Of a DNA stretch of 64,000 bases, positions 9,963 to 18,800 are shown in pieces. The notes below the pieces were generated by a model. It saw only the letters and a list, made by a program, of their open reading frames with translations. It ran no database searches and was not told where the DNA came from. Every line of letters starts with the position of its first letter. Position 1 is the first letter of the stretch. Origin of the DNA: Planctomycetota bacterium (GTDB lineage Bacteria > Planctomycetota > UBA8108 > SXIK01); NCBI GenBank assembly GCA_965223265.1, contig OZ244999.1, forward strand, positions 5,856,001 to 5,920,000, written 5' to 3'. The position numbers and the translations under genes are program-made.

Positions 9963-10715
9963 TCAATCGAGGAACCACTCAAAAAGTCCGAACGGATCGG
10001 CCCAAATGAAGGCCCCGCCTGCCGTCCAGGTGAGGAGTGGAATCAAGATCGGCAGGAGAATTCTCTGAAGCATCCTCTCCCTTTCGAGCAGGTCCCAGAA
10101 AAGGGTCATGAGGTTGGTGGCGACGTTGCTCGCGGCCACCAAGGGGGCGCATTCCCACAGAAGGCTCAATATCGAACGAGCGGGAACCACGACTGAGCTA
10201 TGTTTCACTTCGTCGATCGACCACGCCGAAAAGAGAAGGAGTAGCCACGCGAGTGGGTAAAGCCCGATCACGACGGGCGTCAGTCGGTACACTTTCTGGC
10301 CGAGCCGTCGCCTCCCCCAAGTCCATGGCTCCGTCTTGGCAGCCTCGATCTTCTGCGCACGAGCGTCCAGCAGCGTCACAAGAGCGGCGTAGGCACAGGG
10401 AACCACGCACCAGACGATCATCGGTGCCGGTGTCCATGCAACATCAACGCAGTAACCGAGCCACGAAATAACACCTCCGCTTGGTGCGCAACTCGCGGCC
10501 AGACGGCCTGCAGAAATGCCGCTGGCACGGGCAGAGAGGTACGCGCCGAGGAAATAGGAAAGAGGGAATACGGCGGCGAACGTCGGCAAGCCCCAGGGGT
10601 AGTAGTCACGCGCGCTCCCCCATGAATCAACCCAAAAGCCCACGACAAAACCGAAACAGAAGCAGACGATGGGGAGATAAGGCGTGAGTGCGCGGATTCG
10701 CATGGGAGCAACCAT
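9963..10715 (-). CDS. Integral membrane hypothetical protein (about 7 TM)
   Basis: Several hydrophobic segments; starts 8 bp after the A2M stop codon, so probably co-transcribed. Confidence 0.65.
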   Translation of the reverse strand: MVAPMRIRALTPYLPIVCFCFGFVVGFWVDSWGSARDYYPWGLPTFAAVFPLSYFLGAYLSARASGISAGRLAASCAPSGGVISWLGYCVDVAWTPAPMIVWCVVPCAYAALVTLLDARAQKIEAAKTEPWTWGRRRLGQKVYRLTPVVIGLYPLAWLLLLFSAWSIDEVKHSSVVVPARSILSLLWECAPLVAASNVATNLMTLFWDLLERERMLQRILLPILIPLLTWTAGGAFIWADPFGLFEWFLD

Positions 10716-11984
10716 GGGTATGTTAGCGATCCACGACTTCGACACGATCGAAGGTTCCGCGCCCGAAGACCTCCGGTTCGTACATCGCCTCAACTCTCGC
10801 TGCCGGCGTCAAGAAGAGACCTGGGGTCGTCGCGCGGACGAGGTATTCATGCACGTAGAATCCTTGCGGTAGCGACGTAACAAAAACCTCGGCCCGATCG
10901 TCGTGATGCTTTGACGCGGAGAAACGGAGACGCGTCAGCTCACCAGGTCCCCCCTTCAAGCGGCGAGACCACCGGGGCAAATCGCGACCCGCCTCGAATC
11001 CGGCAGGATAGGGATCGACGAGCGCGACATGACGTCGGCTCCGCGGCGTCATGAGGAATAGTCGCACGCGCACGAGCGCACCAGCCTTGACGCTTGCTCT
11101 GCCATCCGCGAGAAACTCGACATCCGACGGGTCATGGGCACCTTCGTAGCGGCGCGACACTTCGAAGCCGGCTGCAACTGCCGGGACGTCGACGTGTCCG
11201 AGCGCGTACTCGAGACGCAACCAGTAGAAAAGACGCCCCATTCCCTCTTGGGCGATCGTCAGCGACGCGACGTTGCCAGCCCCGGTTGTCAGATAGGAGC
11301 CGGGGACGTTCAACATCTGCGCGGGCGCCTGTCGCCCCTCGAAGACTCGCTCACCGAGAAACTTCTCGCCCAGCCAAGTACGCGCAACAAAACGCGGTGA
11401 CTCACGCTCAACCGCCGCGAAGTACCGACCAAGGGCCACGAGAGCGAACGCGTTCTCTTCGGTTGTACGCCACCGGCCCTGCTGCTGTCGACGAACGAGA
11501 CCGTCGGCGAGCTTGCCGACCAGTTCGTCTTCAGGATCACCGCCAGCAAGAACCTCAAGAAAAACCGCATGCGCCCGCAGTGGCGACGGGAGCACGCTTT
11601 CCCACGATGCATCCATCGCAGTCTCGATCTGGGCGCCCCGTGCCGTCTCGTACACTTGATTCTCCAGGTAGCGACGGATCTCAGCAGCCACGTCGCGTGC
11701 GTGTTCGTCGCACTGAAAAACCTCCAGAAGCCAGGCAAGCGCCTCTGCAGGATACCGATCCATCGGCGTCCTCAAAAACCACGTTCGAGCACCGCGACGC
11801 AGTGGAGTAGCCGCCGCAGAAGTAACGCCCCGACGAAGATGCTGGACATAGAAAGCGTACGATCGGATCAGCAACACTTCGGCCGAAAGGGACGATACGT
11901 CGTCAGTAGGCCGAAGGGTTGTGGGCGCGACGGTGTGTGTGTCCGACGGTGTTTGTGAGGCTGGGGTCGGTTGCGCTCCCGCCT

Positions 11985-12150
11985 CGGTTTGCGTGGGCGT
12001 TTGCGTGGGCGTTTGCGTGGGCGTTTGCGTGGGCGTGGGCGTGGGCGTGGGCGCGTGCGTGGGCGCGTGCGTGGGCACGTGCGACTGCGATTGCGTGGGC
12101 GATTGCGTGGGCGATTGCGTGGGCGATTGCGATTGCGTGGGCGTGGGCGT
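11985..12150. repeat. 6/12-bp tandem repeats encoding a Pro-Thr/Gln-rich linker in the A2M frame
   Basis: (GCGTGGGCGTTT)n, (GCGTGG)n and (GCGTGGGCGATT)n translate as TPTPTQSQSPTQ... on the minus strand. Confidence 0.9.
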
Positions 12151-12171
12151 ATTCGTAACGCTATCCGCGTG

Positions 12172-12345
12172 CGCCTCTGCCTCTGTCTCTGTCTCTGCCT
12201 CTGTCTCTGCCTCTGTCTCTGTCTCTGTCTCTGTCTCTGTCTCTGTCTCTGTCTCTGTCTCTGTCTCCGTCTCTGTCTCTGTCTCTGTCTCCGTCTCTGT
12301 CTCTGTCTCTGCCTCTGTCTCTGTCTCTGTCTCTGTCTCTGCCTC
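12172..12345. repeat. Hexanucleotide microsatellite (GTCTCT/GCCTCT)n, ~29 units, encoding (Glu-Thr/Ala)n; segment 1
   Basis: Read directly; the same repeat resumes at 14000-14052 and 15722-15806. Confidence 0.95.
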
Positions 12346-12396
12346 AGAAACTATGGGCCGTCCTCGTGTACCATAGTCTTTTTTAGGAGTGAAGAG

Positions 12397-13524
12397 ATGG
12401 CAACAAGAACGACCCAGGGACAGCTTACCGACATGAGCGAAGTTCTTCACGTGGCAATTGACGTTGGCAACACAACGTGGAAGCTCGTCAGCGGTGTTGC
12501 GGGGAGCCGGCCGCGCTGCAGGACGGTCGAGGCGGGAAACCTTGCGGAGTTTCAGGAAGAGCTCTCGAAAGCCAAGGCGCGCTTGCGCCTTTCGCCGCAA
12601 GCTGAGGTGGTGAGCTGCTACGAAGCTGGCCGCGATGGATTCTGGCTGCACCGTTGGCTCGTAGACAGTGGGATCCACAACGCCGTCATTGACCCGGCTA
12701 GCTGCGAGGTCGATCAGCGCGCCAAGCGTCAAAAGACCGATCGCCTCGACGGAGAGAAGATGCTCGATCTTTTGATCCGTCACCACGGCTCGTCGCGCAG
12801 CCCACTGCGCGTTGTCAACGTGCCGAGCGTGCAGATCGAGGACGAGCGCCGCCTGCCAAGAGAGCGTCAGCGCCTTGTCAAGGATCGCACTCGGCACATC
12901 AATCGCCTCAAGGACATGTTGATCAAGTTCGGCATCCGCGCCCGCCTCAAGAAGCTGCCTGAAATCATCGACACGTTACGCGGCCCCGATGGATCTGCGA
13001 TCCCCCCGCATGCCAAGGCAGGCATGCTACGCGAGCACGCTCGGCTGCAGCTTGTCGAAGAGCAAATCGCTGAGATTGAGGCCGAGACTCTCGAAACGCT
13101 CACCAACTCGCCGGAGGCCTGCAAGAAAGTCGGCAAGCTCAACAGCCTGCGCGGCATCGGCATGTACACTGCCGCAACGCTCTACTACGAGTTCTTCTGG
13201 CGTAAGTTCAACAATCGCCGTGAAATCGGAGCCCTGGCAGGAATGGTGAGCGTTCCCTGGCGCAGTGACAACATCAAACGCGAGCAAGGAATCAGCAAGG
13301 CTGGCAACGGGCGTGTACGCACACTCATGGTTCAGGCTGCCTGGAACTGGCTGCGCTTTCAGCCACAGAGCCAGCTATCTCAATGGTTCTGCCAGCGCTA
13401 TGGGCCAGGCACCAAGCGCTCGCGCAAGGCGGGAATCGTCGCCTTAGCCAGAAAGCTGCTCATTTCGCTCTGGCGATTCCTCAGCACTGACGTACCACCT
13501 CCGTTGGCACGGCTCAGTTCCTAA
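12397..13524 (+). CDS. IS110-family DEDD transposase/recombinase
   Basis: AIDVG, YEAG, KTDRLD (DEDD); LRGIG, WRSD, ISKAGNGRVR, ALARKL; AGGAG RBS before ATG 12397. Confidence 0.95.
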   Translation: MATRTTQGQLTDMSEVLHVAIDVGNTTWKLVSGVAGSRPRCRTVEAGNLAEFQEELSKAKARLRLSPQAEVVSCYEAGRDGFWLHRWLVDSGIHNAVIDPASCEVDQRAKRQKTDRLDGEKMLDLLIRHHGSSRSPLRVVNVPSVQIEDERRLPRERQRLVKDRTRHINRLKDMLIKFGIRARLKKLPEIIDTLRGPDGSAIPPHAKAGMLREHARLQLVEEQIAEIEAETLETLTNSPEACKKVGKLNSLRGIGMYTAATLYYEFFWRKFNNRREIGALAGMVSVPWRSDNIKREQGISKAGNGRVRTLMVQAAWNWLRFQPQSQLSQWFCQRYGPGTKRSRKAGIVALARKLLISLWRFLSTDVPPPLARLSS

Positions 13525-13977
13525 TTCGATGACCAGCAACAGGCTCAACACACCAACCCAACTCAAACGGAGGGACCTGCAGGGCTGACTCGGATTCTTG
13601 GCCGACTGTAGGACGCGTTCGAGCAGAGGCTGGGCTGGCTTTCCAAGCCGCCGTGCTTCTCAGAAGGAACCGTCCTTGTCGGTTCGCCTGCCGCGATGCG
13701 AACGCAGTATCAGGTGATCCGCCAGAGAGCGGACACGCATAGGAGTTGGCCGCGAGGCGCTTTGCCGCCCCGGCGCTCAGAGCGAACCGAACACTTGGCT
13801 TCTTTACCGCCAGCCCAAAGACAACACAGCACTACTACGAAAATGATCTCTCCCGCGTGCGGTACCTTCCGGGCTGCACAGAGCCCGGGGGCGCTCTACC
13901 CGCCGCCCCCCGGACCCCCAGGCAACCCAACTGCCCCACGTCGGATTGAAGACAATCAAGAAAAGAAAGCTCCCCCG
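13525..13977 (+). ncRNA. Putative bridge/seek RNA region of element A
   Basis: Downstream non-coding position typical of the IS1111 group; GCAGAGGC (13623-13630) is the reverse complement of the right target flank 14001-14008; structure not verified. Confidence 0.55.
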
Positions 13978-13999
13978 TTGACAACAGTCGGACCATAGG

Positions 14000-14052
14000 T
14001 GCCTCTGCCTCTGTCTCTGCCTCTGCCTCTGTCTCTGCCTCTGTCTCTGCCT
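14000..14052. repeat. Microsatellite segment 2 trapped between the two IS elements
   Basis: tgcctctgcctctgtctctgcctc..., reading AETEAETEAEAETEAEA on the minus strand. Confidence 0.95.
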
Positions 14053-14076
14053 TCCATGAGAAGGCCAAAAAGTCAA

Positions 14077-14554
14077 GAGAGGCGAACGTGGTCGCCGCCC
14101 GAGCGCAGCGAGGTCAATCGTTCTCTGCGCCGAGCGTAGCGAAGGTCAGTTGTAGGGTGGGCGGTCTACGCGGCAGGGAGGGGCCCGCGAGCGGCAATGA
14201 GTCCGCACGCGAAGCGTCTCGTTTGGCGGCCAGGCAGCAAATGCCCTTGCTGCCTGGCCAAGACCGTTTTGGTGCGCTGAGGTTTCCTGAGATTCTCGAA
14301 AGAGTCTATCGCGCGGTTGAAGCCAGCCTTCCATACGCACTTTGGGTGAGGAGTCTGTCCTGGAGTCCTCTGTGCAAGTTGGGGTCCGAACCGTCGTGGT
14401 GCTGCACACTCTGTCGCGAACTCCTGGTATGATCGAAGGAAATTTGGACGCCCTCGATCGGTTCAGTGCAGAGGTCGCAGTCACCAAGACGAGACTTTTC
14501 ACGCGGGTAGATCCTTCAGAGGCTTTTCAGTCGCCTCGTAATGACACAGGCGGC
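14077..14554 (-). ncRNA. Putative bridge RNA region of element B
   Basis: Guide-like GCGACAGAG (14409-14417) matches the target flank 8/9 and lies between two stems; ATGGAAG (14328-14334) is identical to the element end plus core. Confidence 0.7.
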
Positions 14555-15631
14555 TCAGGCCGAGCGACGCGTCGAGCGCGAGGCGTTGTAGAGTGGATCG
14601 TAGCGCTCGCCGCTGGCCCAGAGGTGATGCATCAGCACGGCGAGCTTTCGTGCCACGGCGACCGTGGCTTGCTTTTTGCCCCTGGCAGCGCCGCGCTGTC
14701 CCAGCCGCTCACCGAAGCGCCTTAGATCGCAGTCCTCCCCGAACGGCCCCAAGATATAATGCGCGCTGCCGACAAGCAGTCGGCGTAGGTAGCCGTTGCC
14801 ATACTTCGAAATACGAAGCTGTGGAGTCCTCGACGAAGAGTCGTGCTGCTTCGGGACGAGTCCGAGATAGGCCCCGACCTTGCGGCTCTTGGAGAAACGC
14901 TCCGGGCTCTCCAGGCTCAAGACAAACGCCAGTGCCGTCAGTGGCCCTACGCCGTTGATCTCTTGAAGGCGCTTGGTCTCTGGGTACTTCTCTGAGAGCG
15001 CCTTGATCTCTCTGTCGTAGCTGCGCACCGTGGCGCTAAGCTGTCCGATCTGCTCGAGCATCGGTAGCACCGCCGCCTCGAGCTCCTCGGGAATATCCTC
15101 CCTGACTTTGTAGTGGAAGGCGGCGCTTGAGCAGCTCTTGAGGCGATACCCGCTCGACTTGACGAGACCTCGCACGCTGTTGATCAGTGTCGTGCGAGTG
15201 CGCACTACTGCGTCACGGGCACGGATGACTGCCAGGTCGTTTTGGGCTGAGAGCTGGCGGTGACGAACCGGTCGCAACAGGCGCGGGCTGCCCCAGCCCA
15301 GCGTCGCCAGGGTGACGGCGTCGAGCTCGTCGTTCTTGCGACCGTTGGCGGCAAGAGCACGCCCTGCGCAGACAGGATTGGCAACGATCACCTCGAAGCC
15401 GAGCTCTTCGAGCACCGCACTGACCCACGGCGAGTGCGTGCCCGCCTCGCAGACCACGCGCGAGCCTCGCGGGAACTCATCAAAGCGCCTAGCGAGCGCC
15501 GAGCGTGTCGTCGCCACGCGCTCGTTGGCGAGGATCTCTCCATCGAGCGTTATCGCCACCAAGTGGCTAAGGCGGTCGCCGAGATCAAGGCCGATAGACA
15601 ACATACGCTGTGTTTGATTACTTTGGGACAT
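14555..15631 (-). CDS. IS110-family DEDD transposase/recombinase
   Basis: GLDLG, CEAG, KNDELD (DEDD); INGVG, YLGLVP..HDSS, ISKYGNGYLR, AVARKLA. Confidence 0.96.
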   Translation of the reverse strand: MSQSNQTQRMLSIGLDLGDRLSHLVAITLDGEILANERVATTRSALARRFDEFPRGSRVVCEAGTHSPWVSAVLEELGFEVIVANPVCAGRALAANGRKNDELDAVTLATLGWGSPRLLRPVRHRQLSAQNDLAVIRARDAVVRTRTTLINSVRGLVKSSGYRLKSCSSAAFHYKVREDIPEELEAAVLPMLEQIGQLSATVRSYDREIKALSEKYPETKRLQEINGVGPLTALAFVLSLESPERFSKSRKVGAYLGLVPKQHDSSSRTPQLRISKYGNGYLRRLLVGSAHYILGPFGEDCDLRRFGERLGQRGAARGKKQATVAVARKLAVLMHHLWASGERYDPLYNASRSTRRSA

Positions 15632-15721
15632 GGTCAGTCTCTCCTTCTGGGTTCAAAGCCCGGTTAATGTTGCAGATCCTTCTTCGGATACTGCGTGGAG
15701 GGACTGGCCTTCTCATCCCAT

Positions 15722-15806
15722 CTCTGTCTCCGTCTCTGTCTCCGTCTCTGTCTCCGTCTCTGTCTCTGTCTCTGCCTCTGTCTCTGTCTTCGTCTCCGTC
15801 TCCGTC
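15722..15806. repeat. Microsatellite segment 3 (GTCTCY)n
   Basis: Encodes TETETKTETEAETETETE at the end of the A2M N-terminal ORF. Confidence 0.95.
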
Positions 15807-18800
15807 CCCTCCAACTCAAAACCCCGCTCCGCGAACTCCTCCCATCGATCGAGGACACCGGCATTCACGGACAAGCCGGCACGTTCGGCGCGCACGAGAG
15901 CGTGGGCGACGTGACAACTGAGATACGGATCCACCTCGCCGCCTTGCCAGTACGGCCAGCCTCCGCCGCGCTGCAATCTTTCGAGTCGAAGGATATCGTC
16001 TTCGATGCGACTGCGAAGATGCTCCGCGCTCGGGAGTCCCATGAGCTCGAACGCCGCAGGAAACTCCAAAAACGCGGTCATGCCGAGCAGTCGCGATGCG
16101 ATCTGTTCGCCACAGTCATATGGATACTCGCCGAGGTAGCGCAGCGACTCAGCCAGTGTCTCTAGTCGCGTCGCCGTCAAGCGCACACTAAGGCCGCCGC
16201 GGTTCGCAAGCGCTGCGTTTGGTCGTGCGAGCGCCTCGCGCACCACGGCTGCTTGATCACCCATCGCCTCCAACTCTCCAGTGGCGACGACGGTCTCGAC
16301 GGGCGTGGGTTCGTGCACGGGGAACGACAATTCCGCTGCGTCCGAGAACTCTGCTGCAGTCGCCGCAGCTTGGACGATCGCCCTGCCGCCCTCCATGGCA
16401 AGCGCCGGAAACCGCACCTCGCGGCGGTCACGTGCGGCAACAGCGACTCGACTGCCGATCAAGTCTGGCAGGCTTTCGCCGTCGTCAGGCTTGGCGCGCC
16501 ATGAAATGCCGCGTGCCCGCATTGCCAAGTCGACGTTCAGTGTTTCGTCGGTGGCGTTCTGCAGGACGACGGTCATGTCGAACCGATCGCCGCGCCGCAC
16601 GAATCGCGGTGGCGATGGCCGCACAGCCAGCGGCAAGGTCGCTGTGACAACGGCAGAACCACTGCCGAATCGCTTCGTCGTGGCAGCGACCGCAGTGATT
16701 CGATAGCGGGTCAGAGTCCCTGGCAACGTCAAGGTCACGACAGCCTTGCCGTTTGCATCCGTCTGCACTGCAGGTGCGAAGAGTGCTGTCGCACGAAAGT
16801 CGCGCCGCAGTGCGATCGGCACGTCGCCCCCACTGGAGAGCGACGTCAAGACGGCACGCGCACCGGGAACGGCGTTAGGGTCTTCGGAGTCGAGCGCCAA
16901 GTTCGGAGGGCGGAAAATTCGTGATTCGCGGACGAGCTCGGACGCTTCTTTTGATGACGGCTCGAGGAACGACGCCATGCTCCAATGGCCGCGCACTTTC
17001 GTGTACGGGTAAGGATGGAACGTATCCACGAGGTCCGGTGCCTCGTAGTGTGCCAAGGCATGTATGGAATCATCGACGACGAGCACGCACACCTCCGCGT
17101 CGGAGACAGGACGCTCTCGGTGGTCTCGGACGGTGACATCGATCGTGGTCGATGCACCGGGAGCGAGCGCAGGATCATGCGGTGCGACATCGACGTGTAG
17201 ACGTCGCGATGCAAGCGAAACGTTCAGCGTCACAGTCGCGACGAGTGATGTCGGCCTGGTGGGTGCGGTCGCATCTTGAAGCTGCCTCGCATCGCGCGGC
17301 AGTGTCGCCAGTACGTCAACGTGCAGAAAAAGTTGAGGCAAGTGCTCTTCGCCGATCAAAAACTCGAGCGTGTGATTCGCGCCGTCCATGTCGAAACGCT
17401 GTGTCGACAGAAGGCCACTTCGGATCAAGGTCGCGACGCCCGACGCTGGAGAATAGGGCGACTTCACCAGCACACGCGCGATGTCACCTGGCTCATAGAC
17501 CTGTCGGTCAGGGACGAGCTCGAGTCGTTCAAGACGTGGCGTGCGCGGAGCATGGCGCTCGATTCCAGAGACCCAGAGAGTGCGCTCGGCAACAGCCCTG
17601 CGGCCGTCCGGATCGACGGTCTCGGCGCGGACGACGTGGGTTCCGGCGCGCTGAGGAATGAAATCGACGCTGACCGGTTGGTCGGCGGAGATGACCCGTG
17701 TTGCTTGCTGGTCCGACTCCACCCGTAGGCGGCCATTCGGCCCATCAACCCATTCGGTCCGCACCATCTCGAACGCGATCGGCACACCGGACTTCGTCTT
17801 CCCCGCCGGATCGACAACGACGGCCTCGAGCGGCACCGACGCGCCGGCGGCGACAAACGATTCACTGGTGCGCAGTCCAACCAGCCTAGAGGACGGAAGG
17901 ACGACGAGCTCAGACCAGGTGCGCCTCTCGAATCGGGTCACATCCAAAACTCTTGCCGTCAGGTAGACCGACATAGGCTCCGATGAACGTACGTGCGCAA
18001 AGTCGACGCGCAGTCGATGGATGCCGGTCGCGTCCGTTCGCCCGCTGAGCTCGACCTCATGAACAGTCCCCTCCGAGTGGAACTCCTCATCGAAATCCCC
18101 CCACCAGGGCGACCAGCGGCCAAAGGTGAACGAATCCCATCCTGGGATAGAAACCTGCGCCGGGGACGAGCTCGCCTGCCAGCGGACGAACGCGTTCGCG
18201 AGCGGCCCGGACGACAGATAGTGCGCGGCCAGCGTCACCTCGGCGGACCCGCCGCTAAAATGTGGCCCGGGGTCAGGAATGCAGGATATCTCGAATTCAG
18301 GACGGCGGTACTCTCGCACGATCACGTTTCGCGACGCAACCTCCTCGCCGCGAGCGAACACCTTGACCTTGGGCCATTCGTTACCCGTTGGTAACCGAAA
18401 GGAAAAATCGAAACCACCGAGCGGCGTGAGGGCCGCCGCTCCTTCGCGCGTATGGCTCTCGCCGGCGATCACGTAGCGCACCTCGTGGATGTCTGTCGGA
18501 AGCCCGACGTCACCGCCGCGCCGGTGGTCTACGCGCCGTAGCCATCCCTTGACGTGGACCTCGTCTCCGGGGCGATAGACTCCGCGATCGAGGAGAAGCT
18601 CGCAGCGGTCAGATCGATGCGGCACCTCGTCGAAGCGCCAGGCGGAACGGCCGCCGTAGTCGTAGGGATCCAAGAACGCCGAGTCGTCTCGCAAGCGTGC
18701 GACCAGAAGAGGCGGTTCGCCGATCATGCCAGCGAGGTCGAGCGTCGCGAAGTCGCCGTCGGTCACACCAGCTGCCGACGTCGGCGGGTAGAAGGAAACC

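Larger units (their letters stand above)
12346..13999 (+). mobile_element. IS110-family element, IS1111-like (element A)
   Basis: Sharp boundaries in the microsatellite; sub-terminal IRs CTATGGGCCG (12351-12360) and CGGACCATAG (13989-13998), 9/10; outward TTGACA at 13978-13983; ~475-bp non-coding region downstream of the transposase; junction ambiguous within TGCCTC. Confidence 0.92.
14053..15721 (-). mobile_element. IS110-family element, IS1111-like (element B)
   Basis: Perfect 12-bp sub-terminal IRs ATGAGAAGGCCA (14056-14067) and TGGCCTTCTCAT (15705-15716); CT core on both sides (14051-14052, 15722-15723); outward TTGACT on the minus strand at 14071-14076. Confidence 0.95.

Noticed and set aside
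11919-12396. Plus-strand VSVS/LCLC/WAWA ORFs and the long N-terminal extension of the transposase ORF
   Set aside because: These are stop-free readings of the microsatellite; the transposase has its own RBS and ATG at 12397.
10723-12897. 724-aa ORF as an independent gene
   Set aside because: Its first ~184 aa are the antisense of IS element A; the rest is the A2M C-terminus.
12346-15721. Composite transposon formed by the two IS110 elements
   Set aside because: The elements differ in transposase and IRs and enclose only ~50 bp of target repeat; independent insertions are simpler.
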